Positions 38,601 through 54,195 of a stretch of 64,000 nucleotides of DNA are shown here, piece after piece. The notes below the pieces were generated by a model. The model saw only the letters and a list, made by a program, of their open reading frames with translations. It searched no databases and was not told the origin of the DNA. Every line of letters starts with the position of its first letter. The first letter of the stretch is position 1. Source of the DNA: Paraspadella gotoi (lineage: Eukaryota; Animalia; Chaetognatha); contig CM119271.1 in assembly GCA_051294375.1 (NCBI GenBank), positions 3,441,061-3,505,060 of the forward strand, read 5' to 3'. Made by a program: the position numbers and the translations under genes.

Positions 38601-41600
38601 TAAGACCAGATTCAGATAGTTCATAAAAAGTTGTCTACACAAAGTATGATTCTTTTTTAAATATTTTTACGATAAGTGTGTCAAAAATAATAAAAACTAT
38701 AAAAAATCTTTCGATGATTTTATCAGTTTTTTATATTTTCACTAAGAAAACGTAAGAATTTTTAAAAGCTGTAATTATATTTCTTGTTTAACTTTTTATG
38801 CTCTATCAGAATCTATCAAAAAAATTTAAGATTTTAAAAAAGTATTTTTTGCTCTATATAGTAATATAATATTTTTAATTAGGCGAGTAAGAAAGCATTT
38901 TTGACAAAAAATATTTTAATACCATAATCTATGGTCATGATAGATTATTTTAACGCTGTATACATTAGCATTTAAATTTCTTCGGCTATGGCTATTTTAA
39001 TGTATATAAAATTATTATAAAATAGCAAAACCATTATAAGTTATGATAAATCAAATTATTAAAATTTTATAAAATTTATATGAGCTTTTGAAATATAAAA
39101 ATAAAGACTTATAAAAATATTTTGGTAAGTTTATTTCTAAATTTTATGTTTTATAAAAAGTTAGTTAACTATATTTATTAATAATTATGAGTAAAAATTG
39201 AGCTAAAGTTAAAAAATAATAATTTCAAAATTTTTTTCATGGATTTGCATTCTTTGCAAAAAGTTGATATAAGAAAATAAAATTTTTATATCAAAATTAT
39301 GTTATAAAGTTGGTCAAAATTCAGAAAAACTATAATTTTAAGCCAAAAATTTAAACAAAAATAAGTTTTTAATATTTTTAACCTACTTAATGAAAGAATT
39401 TTTTAAAATGGATTATACTTTCTTATATCAACTTTTTGTAAGGAATTCAAATCCGATTTTAAAAATTTTAAAATTTTTATTTTTTCACTTTAGCTTATTT
39501 TTTATTAATATTTATTAATAAATATAACTAACAAACTATTAATAAAATATAAAATTTGTAAATAAACTTACCAAAATATTTATATGGGTCTTTATTTTCA
39601 TATTATGTAAGTTAAATATGGCTTTTATAAAATTTTAATAATTTGAATTTCTTATACTCTACAAGGTTTGCTCCATTTTAATAGCACCTTATATGCTGCA
39701 AAAATCGCCATTTCCGACAAAGAAGATGAGACTATACAAAAAATTGGTTATCATCATCGAATTCTACAGACTTTATTACACTAAAATAGCTAGATGTACC
39801 TCAATTGATTTGTTAAATTTCATTATTTTTCAACGCCACAGACTCATCAATAATTAAGTTAAGTTTCCCCTTACCCGTTTTTCGGTTTTCGGCATTTGAA
39901 ATACGCTCTGCCAAACACTGTACAAGCTCCGGTGGACGTCTTTCTCCCCAACGGCGGAACTGTTGACCATCGCCTGAGTCAATTCCTTGTAGCGCCCTCT
40001 GACGAACTGCAATGTGTTAAGGCAGCCGCGCACGTCGTTCTCCATCTTGCGGCAAAGCAAGCGGATCGTCGCCTGATCAGCCTTGAGGCGTTCTGCGCGA
40101 GAAACATGAAGTAGTCGGTGGATGAGACGTTGGGAATCGGTGGCGGGCACACGCAGAACCAGCGCCATCTGGCGAAGAGCGCGGATGGAAGGGGCGTAGA
40201 GGTCATTGCAGATGCAAACAACTGGACGCAGCAACGGTTTGGGTTTGTTCTTTTTCTTGCCGGTGCCAGTCGAAGGATCCGCAGCTGATGCGGCGCCGCC
40301 GCTGCCGATCTTGAGAAAGTTGACGAGAACGTTGACCGCAGGTGCGGCGGCTCCGTCGATCTCGTCGACCACGAGGCAGACAGGGCGCGAATCTTCGCCG
40401 AGGACGGATTTGGTTTGACAGGCCGCTTCGATCTTGTTTTTAAAGGCCTGGAGTACGGTTCATAAATATGAGACATTTAGACATTCTCTACACCCCCCCC
40501 CAAAAAAAAACAAACAAACAAAGAATTAACCTCCGCGTTACGATCGTCGGAAGCGTTCATCTCTTGAACGGCGTATCCCGCGTGGCGAGCGACCACGTGA
40601 GCGAGAGTCGTCTTCCCAAGACCTGGCGGTCCACTAAGAAGGACGACCTTCTGCTCTGGTCGACCCAACTTGTCAAACTCTTCCGTCAATTGGCCGGGGT
40701 CTTTAAACTTGGACCCGGGGGGGAATTTGGAATTCTTCTCGTTCTTAAATTTGAATGGCCGTGCCTGTCCGGCCTCGCTCGTTTCATCGCCGTCTCTCTT
40801 CCCGGTAAATTTGTCATCGCCGCTGGGATTTTTTCCAAACTTGTCGTTCTTCCACCCGTCGCGACCCTTGTCCCTTTTGCCGAACTTGCTCACAAAGTTG
40901 TCGTTGGACGCGGAAACTCGCGCTTCGCCGACGGGTGCGAGATGCTTTTTGTCTTTGGTCAGTTTCACCTCCTTCCCAAAGACCAACTTGTCCCACATCT
41001 TGAGCCATCGCAAAAAGGTTCTGTTGACGCCGTCGTCGGAGAGCAAATCAGTGTAGCCGCGGGGTGCGTATTTTTCAACCCAGAGTCGGTGGCGGTCGAT
41101 CACCGCATCGGGCTACAAAGAAAAAAAAAACGAGCGAATCATAAGTATAAAACCAATACTTTGATAATCGATGCACTTCACCTCCCAATCACTCGACTCA
41201 CGTCAATCCCTTCCTCCTCGTCCTCCGACTCAAAGAACTCTTGCTCATCCGCCAACTCGACTCCCTTCGCCGACTCCATCTCCAGGACGACGCGACGTTT
41301 GAGGGCGGCGAAGTCTTCGGTTAAAAGGTTTCGCCTCTTAGACGCCAAGAAGACGCGTGACTCGCGTTCGATTCGCTGCCACTCGTGCTCCGGGGCGGAG
41401 GAAGAAGAGTCGAGCTGGAGAGGGAATCGAGATATAGATTTCGCACACAGTAACACATCGCTGTTTAAAAGATTAATTTGCTTGGGACAAAATCAACCTC
41501 TTCATCCGGCCGCACGGAGACGTAGACACGTCTCCCGCCCTCGCTTCCCGTCACGAAGACGTAGTCGTCTTCAGGAGGCGGACGCTTGAAGACCCTTTTC

Positions 41601-42106
41601 CGTTCAGCATCTCTGTCGATCGAGACGGATGGGTCAGCGCCTTCGGGAACGACGTCCTCATCGATGCCGTTGCCAAAGTCACCGTTCGAATGTGGCCTGC
41701 CTTTGTTTTTCAGAAAGGAGGACAAGGAGAGAGATTTGCTTTCCAAAAGAGTCGAGGCCCCCGTCGTACCGTTCCGCTGGCCTTTTCCTATCCGCGGCAC
41801 GTCAGCATTTACGGCGGCCACAACGTCAGATGTCTCATCAATAACCAATTCGTTGTCGACTCGGCGACGCTTGTCGGGAGCGCTGTCGCCGTCACCGCTC
41901 GTCGGACGCTTTCGTGGCGGAGGAACGGGGTCATCGTCTTCGTCGGGGTAAGTCAGTCCGCCGTCGCCGAAGATATCTTCCTCGGCGGAACGAGCGAAAC
42001 GATTGGGCGGCTGATCGAGAGGAACAGAGTCTTGCGAATCTAATTCGGCGAAATTTTCAAGTTCGTCGGCAAAACGGGACTCGAATTCGTCGAAATATTC
42101 TTCCAT
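35616..42106 (-). CDS. CHTF18: Chromosome transmission fidelity factor 18 (alternative RFC clamp loader); multi-exon with a ~2.8-kb TE-filled intron
   Basis: LWVEKYAPRGYTDLLSDD, LLSGPPGLGKTTLAHV, EMNASDDR, LVVDEIDG, RPVVCICNDLY, KDFFGR, C-end FKEGYSNAVRKPV. Confidence 0.95.
37065..37296 (-). mobile_element. tRNA-headed SINE-like or solo-LTR-like element whose body resembles the family 1 LTR 3' half
   Basis: Minus strand has B-box GGGTTCGATCCC and GTGAC...GTCAC acceptor-stem-like pairing, then CGCCAGTGAC..GTCACTG..GGTC.AAGCCC..GAGATGCC..GGCATCACA as in family 1; TSD not verifiable. Confidence 0.7.
37352..37965. mobile_element. Nested palindromic MITE inserted in the outer element's left TIR
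   Basis: TTAAGGCGTAGT...ACTACGCCTTAA termini, flanked by duplicated TAGCTA (37346-37351 and 37966-37971); internally self-complementary. Confidence 0.85.
38361..38483. repeat. 64-bp tandem repeat (2 copies) within a GC-richer insert in the MITE cluster
   Basis: AGCTCGATTCCATT..GGT.ATTTCT.CCCGAGC.TC.GATCCGGTTCC.TCTCT.TAT at 38361 and 38425. Confidence 0.85.
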
Positions 42107-42252
42107 CTTGGACGTCGTAACGTCAAAAATAATAAGTATCAACCGAAAAATTTTTATTTTATTTTCAATAAGATTAACCAACAATAAATAATAAATAACA
42201 ATCGAAAGTGTAAATGATGGAATGGAAAAACAAGTAATTTCTCTTAATTCAT

Positions 42253-45200
42253 TTAGCAATTTTCATTTTTCTCCGTGACATTAGAAAATATCATGGATAC
42301 ATCTTCCTCGGCGGCAAACAAAAGATCATCGTCAAAGTCTTCGTCAAAAGGAGTCTTCAAATGAGACCACTCCCTGAGTTCGTCGATCCCTTGAAACTTG
42401 GTCAGAGAGGTTGGCGCTGGAGCTACCAAGTTGCCTTCTTGATCACACGTTGCCTCGTCGACGTCTTTCAAGCAATCGCAGTTCAAAAGGTCGTGAGTGG
42501 ACGAGTCGGTTTTTTCGTCGAAAACGAACAAGTCGCGAAGATCTTCTTTAGAAAAGTGAATGGTTTTTCCCTGAGAGAAAAACGGAATAAATGGGATCAT
42601 GTCCCACGTAAACAGTCCAACTTCTTCAGCGAAAAATACCTGATGTAATTCCTTAGCGTCAACCACAGCCCCGCTCAGTCCCTGCTTTGATATCTGACGC
42701 TGAAAGATCTTTTCTTCGATAGATCCCGTCGTGAGGAGCCGATAAATGCGGACGAGGCGTTTCTGTCCGTCGCGCCACACCCGCGCCATCGCTTGAAGGT
42801 CGTTGGCTGGGTTCCAGTCGATATCGAACAAGATGAGCGTTGAAGCTCCTTATTTGGAGATATGGAAATTTTAACTCAAATAAATTTATGGATCGGAAAG
42901 TAAACACGTCGAAGCCCTACGATTTCTCACCCACGAGATTAAGCCCGACTCCACCGGCCTTGGAGCTGAGAAGGAAGACGGTCTCCGTCTCGACCCCCGG
43001 AATGATTCTGGCGTTGAATCGATCCACGAGCCCCTGTCGCTTGGCGACGGGAGTGGCGCCATCGAGACGCAGGAAGGCGAAGCCTCGAGAGGCGCAGACG
43101 CCCTGGATGACGTCCAGGGTCGACGTCCAGTTTGAAACGACGACGACTTTCTCCGTTCTTAAGGTTAAAGATAATAAGATAATAAGATAATAAGATGATT
43201 ATCGCCCATTGTATTGTTGTTATTGCGACGATTCACTACATTGATTCTCACCTTCCTGTCTCATTGGCTCGTAGATGCAACCTCTCCAGCATTCGGATCA
43301 AAACCCTTAACTTCCCCGATTCCTCTGGACCTCCACAACCGAAAGGCGTCAAAACGGACTCGATTTCGTTTCGTAAGTCACTGTCGGAAAACCAATAATA
43401 ATTTTGTTTTAATTTTTTTTTTTTTTTCAAAAGTCCCAAATCTTTACCCGACTCCATCGCCGCGAAGCAGCAGCCCGGGATGGTTGCATAATTTCTTCAA
43501 CGCCGAAATGCAGGCAAAGTGGGAGGCAGAGTTTTCGGAAGCCAGCGCCGAACGGAGGAAACGCCCATCCAAGAGTCTACGGTAGATGGCCCTTTGGGTG
43601 GACGAGGCTCGACAGAAGACTGACGTCTCGACCTGAAAATAAAAGGTTTAAATTACTTTTTACAATAATATTTACATTCATTTATAACGAGATTTGTTTG
43701 ACCGAATTTTATTCAGAACAGTAAAAAGTCAAACCTTTGGTGGAAGGTAGACCTCGTTGACCTCCTCCGTTCGTCTCAAAACAAAGTCGGCGACGAGACG
43801 CTGCAGCGAAGAGGCTCTCGCCTGTCCGAGTTCCTTCTCTTCCGCGGATGATTCGGGCTGGCGAGACTGCGAAATCGGATCCTCGTAAACACGTCTGGCA
43901 GAGAAGGTAAATTTGACATGGGGATGGAAATGGTATGGGGAATACTTCAGGAAGCATTATATATTTTTTTCCTTTAATCTATTGACGTATTGAAAATTCC
44001 CAATATCGCCTACTACCCCATACCCAAAACTAACTTAAACGAAGTCGGCGTCCCCAAATGTCCCGGATTGCAGAATTCCGCGATGGCGAAGAGCTCCTGG
44101 AGGTCGTTTTGCAGCGGCGTCCCCGTGAGGACGATCCGACGGCGAGTCTCCAGACTTGACAACTGCTTCCACGTTTGAGTTGAAGTGTTCTTGAGACGAT
44201 GACCCTCGTCGCAAATCAGGAGATCGAATTTGACGGACTAGGATCGGGAGGGATTGAGGAAAAATTTTATCAGGTGTGATTTTCAAGCTTGAAAAGACCG
44301 AAACAACCGTGGCATGCACCAGTAGTAAGTCAAACCTCTATCCTACCTTCAACGCGTCGAAATTTCGGTTGAACATCTCGTAACTGACGACGACGACGGG
44401 GCAGACGGCGGCGAACTTGTGGTAGTCTTCTGCCCTCCGCTCGTTCTGATTGTGGGTGCCGACGGCGTAGACACTCAACTTCTGACTTCCCAACCACTTG
44501 TCAAATTCCTTCACCCAATTCTTTACCAGTGAACCTAAGTATAAAAATAATGGTTGTTTTTTTTTAATTAGATTTAGTTTCATCCTGTTTTGGCAACTAA
44601 CCAGTAACGCCCTGGAGCCAAACTCAGACATCACTACTTCCACCAAGCTTAAAACCCTTAAAATTTTTATTAAACCAACAAAACTCCAACTACCCTCCCA
44701 CTAAGAATCCTCAATAGGGTGGACCGCAGCCTCGCTACCCAGCCAGAATGACCATCTCCAGCTCTCACCGGGAGTGACTACGACGACCCTCTTCAGCACC
44801 GGTCGGTTTCCATAAGGACCGTGCTTGAGCAAGGCCCAAATTAGCGCGATACATTGAAGGGTTTTACCGAGACCCATAGCGTCGGCGAGCACGGCGCCGA
44901 AACCAACCGAGTCCGACGAAAAGCCCATGATGCGTCGGTAGAGAAAGATCACGCCTGAAATGATGTCCTTTTGTTAACAATGAGGCCTTACAACTCACGA
45001 ACTATTCCCTACTTTCTAATTACGGTAACATAAATCATAATCATTACCTTAACGACGATCATCGAGATCAATACCAAGATTCTAATCATCTTATCGTCAT
45101 CGCAAAAACGAAAAGGGGGCAGACATCGCCGCCGGCGACCAAAGTTCGCACCTTTCTTCTGATGCGGCCTCAGCGTTCGAGCGAGGCGAGGGTCGACGAC

Positions 45201-46283
45201 CACGTCGGTGACCTCCAGGTCAGCACCGTTGTAGCGTCGACGGTGTTCGACGCCGGGACGGGGAAGAACGAAAGCGTCCGGAGCTGAGGCGTCGTAGAAG
45301 GGCCTTCGTGAAGGTTAACGTATCACGGTGAAATTATCGAATAATTTTGTCATAGTTACTATAAAATTCAGAAATTTAAAGCAAACCCACTTGTACAGGC
45401 CTTTTCCATTTTGAAAACTTGGCTTCACCGGCACAATTTTCTCCGCCTTCCCCGCTGAATTCGTCACCGTCCCTTCGTTAAGATCTCGCTTCGTCAGAGG
45501 AACTTTAAACGGCTTGGATGTTAATGCTGCCGGCGAGCTCGCGGCACCGGCAGAAGCGGCGCCGCCGCTGCCGGCGTCGAAACAGCTTCCGGCCATGAAG
45601 CTGCTCGCCGGGATGGGATCTCCGAGCTCGACTTCGAAAGAGCCAACGAAAGTGCGATCGCCATCACCGAGATTCTGTGCGTCCGAAGTTTTCAAGGTCG
45701 TCGTGGCGACGGTCTTGCCTTCGGAATCCTTCAACGTTAGCGTTCGACCTTTGATACAAGCGACGCCGTCCCCCATCCATTTTTTATGCTTCCTGTTGCT
45801 TTGTTTGCCGTAAACGCAACTGAAGTAAATGGCGTCTGAGACACACGCGTGAGAGGGAGATTCGATAACTTCTCTTCTCGACCCGGGGGCTACGTCGACG
45901 TTGGCTTTCATGAAAATTTTATCGACTGTTTTTTGGTCACAAACGCTAGCGATATTATCCTTAGAGACGACAAGATTGGCGCGATCACTCGTCAACCGGA
46001 CATTATGGCCCTTCTCTTTCTTTTCTTGCTTGGCGACGTCGGACAACTGTATCTTTTCCGGATTTCGGATTAAATCGAGCAAGGAAACCTTATCGTTTTT
46101 TTCGTCCGCAGCCGCCGGACCCGAGTTAACGGGCGGCCCAACTCTAATCGGCGCTCGTAGCAGCTCTCGAGGCGCAGCTGGGGACACGCTCGTCTCCAAC
46201 CGCGGCATTTTGGCGAGCGGCGGCTGAAAAGCCGATCTCGAAGCGCGACTCGGAGCGTTCGATCGCCGCATCGTGCTTGGCAT
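42253..46283 (-). CDS. RAD54B: SNF2-family DNA repair protein RAD54B; multi-exon
   Basis: MRRSNAPS start, [21 protein letters not shown] (RAD54B-type N-domain), [62 protein letters not shown]. Confidence 0.93.
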
Positions 46284-46446
46284 AAAGTTTAGGGACTCTC
46301 GCCCCTTACTGAAAAAAAAAATGGTAACAAATTTGCCAAAACGGACTTTCGAAAACAGCGTATCTAAATCTAAAACGAAAAAATAATCAAACGATAACGA
46401 TTCAACGCGATTTTGCCGCGTTTTTACTTCAAAAGTTTATTCTGCC

Positions 46447-49400
46447 TCATTTCTTGAAGCGTTTACTCGAAGCGACGCGTTCCTTCCCCGCCTGCTTGCG
46501 TTTTTCGATCGGACGATCGCGAATTTTGGTGAAGCTTTGAGTCTGATTCTTTGATTCCATCCTGTCTTCGTCGACGCCGCGACGCTTCGAGTCTTTGTCA
46601 GTTCTCTTAGCGAGGGATTCCGTCCTAACTTTGGACGGCGCTCGAGATGATGACGGTGATGATGACATCTCACTCTCCGGACTCGCTCGACATTTCTCCG
46701 AGTGAAACTTGTCCTTGATCCAATCGTCGAACCTTTTTTTTTTTGCAGGAAAAACAAGGTGAAAATAACCGAGGTTGGAATCGAATGGATCAGATAAGCC
46801 TAAAACACCTACCAGAGCTTGCAAAACCGACATTGAGACTCGCCGGGCGACGAAGGGGCTTCCTTTCCGGCAGGAATGATTCCGTGAATGGCGGCTTTGT
46901 GATGAATCACTTTGGAGTCCGTGGATTTCTCGCCGGAAAGGGCCTGGATTTAGGGCCAACAACAAAATCTTAACTTTGGACTATTCTCCTTCGGACAAAC
47001 TGAACTGACATACCAGACAACCCGCACAGGGTTCCTCCGCTGGCGTGTTGCAGGCTTTACTTTCGTGAAGATTCCTGATGAACGAGTCGCGAAAGAAGAG
47101 TCGACATCGACGGCATTGCGCAGGGCATGTCGGCGACGACTCGGCAGCCCCGGACGGAATGTCGTCGTGCAAGGATGCCTTGTGATGAATCATCGCCACA
47201 AGGGGATCGGTTAGGCGGGGTATGTCCCACTGCAGCGGAAAGAGGAAATAAAATCAAGAACGACTCAATGGCTTATGGCGAATCGAATGGCTTACGCAAC
47301 AAATAGGACACTCGTCGGAATCTCCTTCGGCCGGGGGATCGAGTTTTGGCGGGGGAGTCGCGGGCGACGCGAGTTCCTCCAAGATTTCCACATCCTTGCC
47401 GGAATCCGCGGATAGGGTCGACGGTGGACGCCGCGAGTCGGCGGCATAAACGATCGCGGCCATTTTCTTATTGGCCGAAATAAAGGCTCGACGGTCGCCC
47501 AGTGTTCGGAATTGAAGGTCGATTTGGGGCGACGCGGAGTTTTCTGATGGTTTCGTCGTAGAAGAGGATGTTGGTTTGGTAAATGTTAAGGGAGACGTGG
47601 AAATTAGTGTTGAGGTCGATACTTCATGAGTGGAACTCGTTTCAAGATTGGTTTTTGAAGAGTTAGACAGTTTTGAGACGATTGGGGCAGTAGGAGAAGA
47701 GAGAGCGGCTGATGCGAGTTTAGTGTTTTCCGAAATGAGGCGTTTGTGGGCAGAAGAAGTATTAACTGGGCTGGCGTTGGACGACTTCGGAACGGTTGAA
47801 GTGTGGGAATTACAGGCGACAGGAGTGGTTGTTGCGAGAGGATCAGAGGCACTAGCGGCAACAGAGCTTCCATGACTCGTTGTCGGAGTGGAGTGTCCGG
47901 AGGTAGGCGTCGAGGAAACTACAGTAGATGAGGCCGAAAAGGTGATAACAGGAGTAGACGTAGCACCAGTTATTGAGTTACCAGAGACCGAAGAATCGGG
48001 AAATTTGGAGGAAGTTGTCGGAGTCGAAACGGAGGAGATGACGGAAGTGGGATTGGCTTCAATTGAGGAGGAGGAGGAGGAGGTCTTCAAAGCCTTTTGA
48101 GTCGATATAGATTTAGCTTTAGCGAGAGAGGAGGAGGGGGCAAGGACTCTGGTTTGATCCGAAACAAACGTGAGAGGCGTAGGCGTCAAAACCGAGGGTG
48201 ACGTTACGACGGAAGGAGACGAGCTGACGGATGACGAAAGGATTGATGACGTCACCGACTGTAACTTCACGGCCGATGATGACGTCACGACGGGCGATGG
48301 CGTCACGAGAGTGGCTCTGTACATAGACTTCCTCGCAGTCTTCTTCGTGTTTGGCGCCTTCGCGACTACGGAATATGTCAAAAATTATTTTAGCGATTCA
48401 ATAAGAACCAGAACCAAAATTGGAATGTAACGAGATAATTTTCTATCTTTGAAGAGAGTATGGGAAAGTAAAAAAAACATCTACGGTAAGAAATCTTCAA
48501 AAATAGGTTAAAAGTTCGATAAAAATAACTCTCAAAATATTAGACCCCAAAACTAACGGAAAAAAAATGTATTATAATTTTGAAAAAAAACATTTCCCGT
48601 TGATTTCCCCTTTCTCTCTCTCCCCCTCCCCCCGCTTCAAACTAACCCGAGGGCCGAATCCTGTTCTCCGAACGTGAGATTCGTCCGACGCCAGGGCGCC
48701 GAAGTTCGCGAGGCTAACCTTATTTTCTTTTTTCAATTGCCCATCTTTTTTCTATCCGTCTCCCCCCCCCCTCTTCTCAATCCCTCTTCTTCTTTCCCTC
48801 ATCCAACCACAACCCTGTAACCCCCCTACCCCCTCCACCGCATCCTTCTCAATCTCACCTCGTGATTCTCCACCTCCCGCTGGTGGTGCCCGAAGCTCCG
48901 CAGATGGGGATGATGATGATGAGGAAGATGATAAGACGGATCGAAACATCGGATCGATCACAGGTTGCGAGTCTTTGTTCGGCCGAGATCGCTCGGCTAT
49001 CTCCTCCTCCTCGCGCACAGCCACGGCTTTGTCTTGTTTTCGCGACGACGACGACGATGCCTTTTGACCGTCGACTTTATCGTCGTTTCGAACGACGGTC
49101 TGGTCAAGAGTCTCATCAACGCATTGACCGACTATTCTCGCCCCGATTTCTCCCGCCATTTCGATCCGCCCGTCGGGAGGCCGGAATTCTCCGGCGGTGC
49201 TCGTAGGTTTGGGAAGAGGCGCGTCGGGATGGTGTTCCGAGTTTGATTGGCGAACCGAGGAAGCCGCGTCGCCCGCGATCGACGAAGCTTCGGCGCCTCG
49301 CTCGGCAACCGACATCCCTCTCCCACCTCCGCCACTCTCGCCCACTCTCTCTGTGTCTTTCCTCGCTCCATGACCTCGCGCCTTCCCCGCGCTCGCGGCG

Positions 49401-50741
49401 CATTCGTTAATTCCCCCTCCTTCGATCGGCGCCGTCGAATTGGACGAAGAATCGCCGTCTTTGTGAGGCCGAAGACGAAGGGAAAAAGAAGAAAGAGAAA
49501 GAAAAATATCACGAAGGAGAAAAAGAAAAAGCGATGATCGTTATTGAGAAGATTTGATGGGGGAGGGGGTGGAAAGGAGAGCAGTTGAGGGGGGGGAAGG
49601 GGTGGAGAATGATTAAGAATCGAAGAAGCCTTGGAGTCGCGATTCGATCCAAAGAAAATTCTTTTTTTTGGTTTACCAGTTTCTATTTCTCAAAGTAAAA
49701 TCTAATCAACAAGAAAAACTTCCTTTCTAATTTTACAGAAGCGAGGTCAAACAACTCAATTTAAAACAAAAACAAGTCAATCAAAATAAAGAGGGGTAGA
49801 AATCCAAGAAAGAAAACCCGCCTCTTCGCGAGAGATTAGTACCTGCAACTGACCAGGCAGATAAAGACGAATCTTGCTTCCGATCTCTCTTGCTCACGAC
49901 GTGAATGACGCTTCCTCCCGGAGTCACGTAGCGAACGTCCTGCTGGTGAAGCAAATTGAGATACCAATGAAAGAGACCCGATTCGGCAATTGAAAATTGA
50001 AAACAATATCACAGTCAACAAATTCTCAAGGCTCGAGCGCTCATCGAAAATTTGTAATGTTAACCAAAATTACTTGAATCTGACAATGGGCCGTCTTCGA
50101 ACCTTCCGCCCGTCTTGTCGGCGCAGGGACGACGAGAGGAGGCGTAGAAGGAAGAGGAGTCTTAAGACTTTGTTCGTCTTGTCCGTCGTCATCATCGTCA
50201 TCGAGGGTAATGACCTCCGGTTCTTTTCTAGTCACGGTTTTCACTAAAAACAAAAGTTTTGTTAAAGCATTTTTTCTCCTTTTCTACCAATATCCATAAA
50301 ATTATCGCGAGTCCCAAACCAAAACCCCCTCCCCAATCCGCCCACCAGTTGACTTATTCAATTCCTCCAACTTGCTCAACAGCTCAGCCTCCTCCTGATG
50401 GAGATGACGCATTTTTTGTGCATCCGGTTGACGAAGTTGCGGCGTCGCGGTGAAAATGTAACCAGGCAGCGCACGCGGCGTGAAAGGACGCTGCGATCCA
50501 TTCGGCGAAACGAATTGCGGCCCAGGAGGAATCCTAGAACCGAAAGGCTGCGCCGGAAGAATAGGGGGATGCGGCGCTGCCGTTGTATTCCCCGGAAAAG
50601 CCTGGCCGAGCGCGAGGCGGTGAGCGGTGGAAGAAAGTTGTTTGTTGTGATGTTGCGACTCCGAGCGTCCTCGAATTGAGATGACTTGAGTCCCGTAATC
50701 ACGGAACGATAGTCCGGGGGCCCCGGGAGCCCGGTCATTCA
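46447..50741 (-). CDS. Ser/Thr-rich protein with SIM-like motif and four C-terminal zinc fingers (C2H2 + C2HC module twice); multi-exon
   Basis: Spliced reading: EVITLDDDD; CPIC..x14..HHKASLH; CRRCRLFFRDSFIRNLHESKAC; CAGC...HHKAAIH; CRFCKLWFDDWIKDKFHSEKC; phases are compatible across GT-AG junctions. Confidence 0.7.
48859..49315 (-). CDS. Probable alternative first coding exon of the zinc-finger gene
   Basis: ATG 49315 to GTGAG donor at 48858 is 457 nt (phase 1), compatible with the phase-1 acceptor at 48366-48367; CpG-rich island inside an intron. Confidence 0.5.
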
Positions 50742-52084
50742 TCGTCCCTTTCAAAATCGCCACCTCTCTAGGATTTCATTTTTTTTTGGTTCGGGGATAA
50801 TCAGGGATATTTTTGTTTCGATTCGTCATCGCGCGCAACAATTGGACATCTGAGCGAGTGCGAAAAATTACAGACTTTTTCGGAATTAAAAAAAAAACCG
50901 GTTCAGACGTTCAACTCCGGAAGACTGGTTCTTGCTTTAAATTCCGGAATTAGCTACCGAAAAAAAAAAAGTTCAGGGCGTAAGTTATTTCAATATCTTT
51001 AATTGTAAAGCGTTATAATCATGTAATAAATTCGCTACTTTAAACGATAGCGAGAAGTATGGGCGAGAAATGGTAAATGCTACCCACTGATAGTCGTTTT
51101 CGTTAATATAATAATAGTAATTATTCGTTATATATATAAAAAAATTAACAATGACGAAGATGAAATAATTCGCGCGAAAACAGGACAAGTTTTACCACTG
51201 GAAAAAAAAAACTAACGGTGGGGGATATCATCAATATCATACACGTCACTCTGTTAAATTTATATATAGATAAGTCTATTTATAATTACATCTTGTATAA
51301 GAAAAAGTTATATTCAAGATACAACACATACAATCTCCGTTAGAGGTCATCATCATAAATTTCTTGCACTTGGATCAATGCTTCGGTACAAGAGCTACAT
51401 CATTAAGAACTTCCGCGCGAAAATATAAACAAAAATCACTGACCAGAGTCTTCTCAGAAAGATTCCTGTCGGTAACGTACAATTTAGCTCTTCTTAACAC
51501 AATTTTTATCTTTAAATTCCTTTTTTTCTTAAATCATGTTTCGGTTATCTGTCCGTTTTAGTATTTTTTAAATTTTATTAGCAAATCTGAAGACGATTAG
51601 ACCTACCGACAAATAATTAAGAAAAAAAGATACAGGTAAGTATCCACAAAATAACAAAATGCTGTCATAAACTTTTATACAAACAAGTGTATATCATTCG
51701 ACTAGAAGTAACATTGGCGCGAAAAAAAGGCGCAAAAAGAAAACAAAAAAACTCATTAAAAAAAGAAAAAAAAGAGAAAGAAGCTACGTTTAATTTCCCC
51801 CATGCGGTTGTGTATATATTTATATATAGACAAACCCTCGTTAATGGTTTTTATTATAGAGACAGAAAAGCCATAAGATAAGAAACGAATATGAAAAAAT
51901 AAACCGGATTTCAAAATGAAAAAAAAAATCTCTTTTAAAGTTCGTTAACTACGAAGCGTCTGAGCTACGAGAGAGAGAGAGAGCGAGAGGTCCGTGTCGA
52001 GAGAAGAGAGTTCCCCCCCGTTTCTTCGTCGAGGCAAAGGGCGGGCAAGAGGAAGAGGGGTTCTACGATCCCATTCTCAGACCC

Positions 52085-54195
<2,111 letters not shown>

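Larger units (their letters stand above)
37297..39841. mobile_element. Outer AT-rich foldback/MITE with long imperfect TIRs, containing nested elements
   Basis: GCGTTGAAAAATAA..AACAAATCAA.TGAGGTACA at ~37304 is the inverse of ~39795-39836; the left TIR continues at 37966-38050, matching ~39710-39792. Confidence 0.75.

Noticed and set aside
40468-41589. 373-aa plus-strand ORF and many similar antisense ORFs
   Set aside because: Shadow frames of GC-rich minus-strand exons with no recognisable domains
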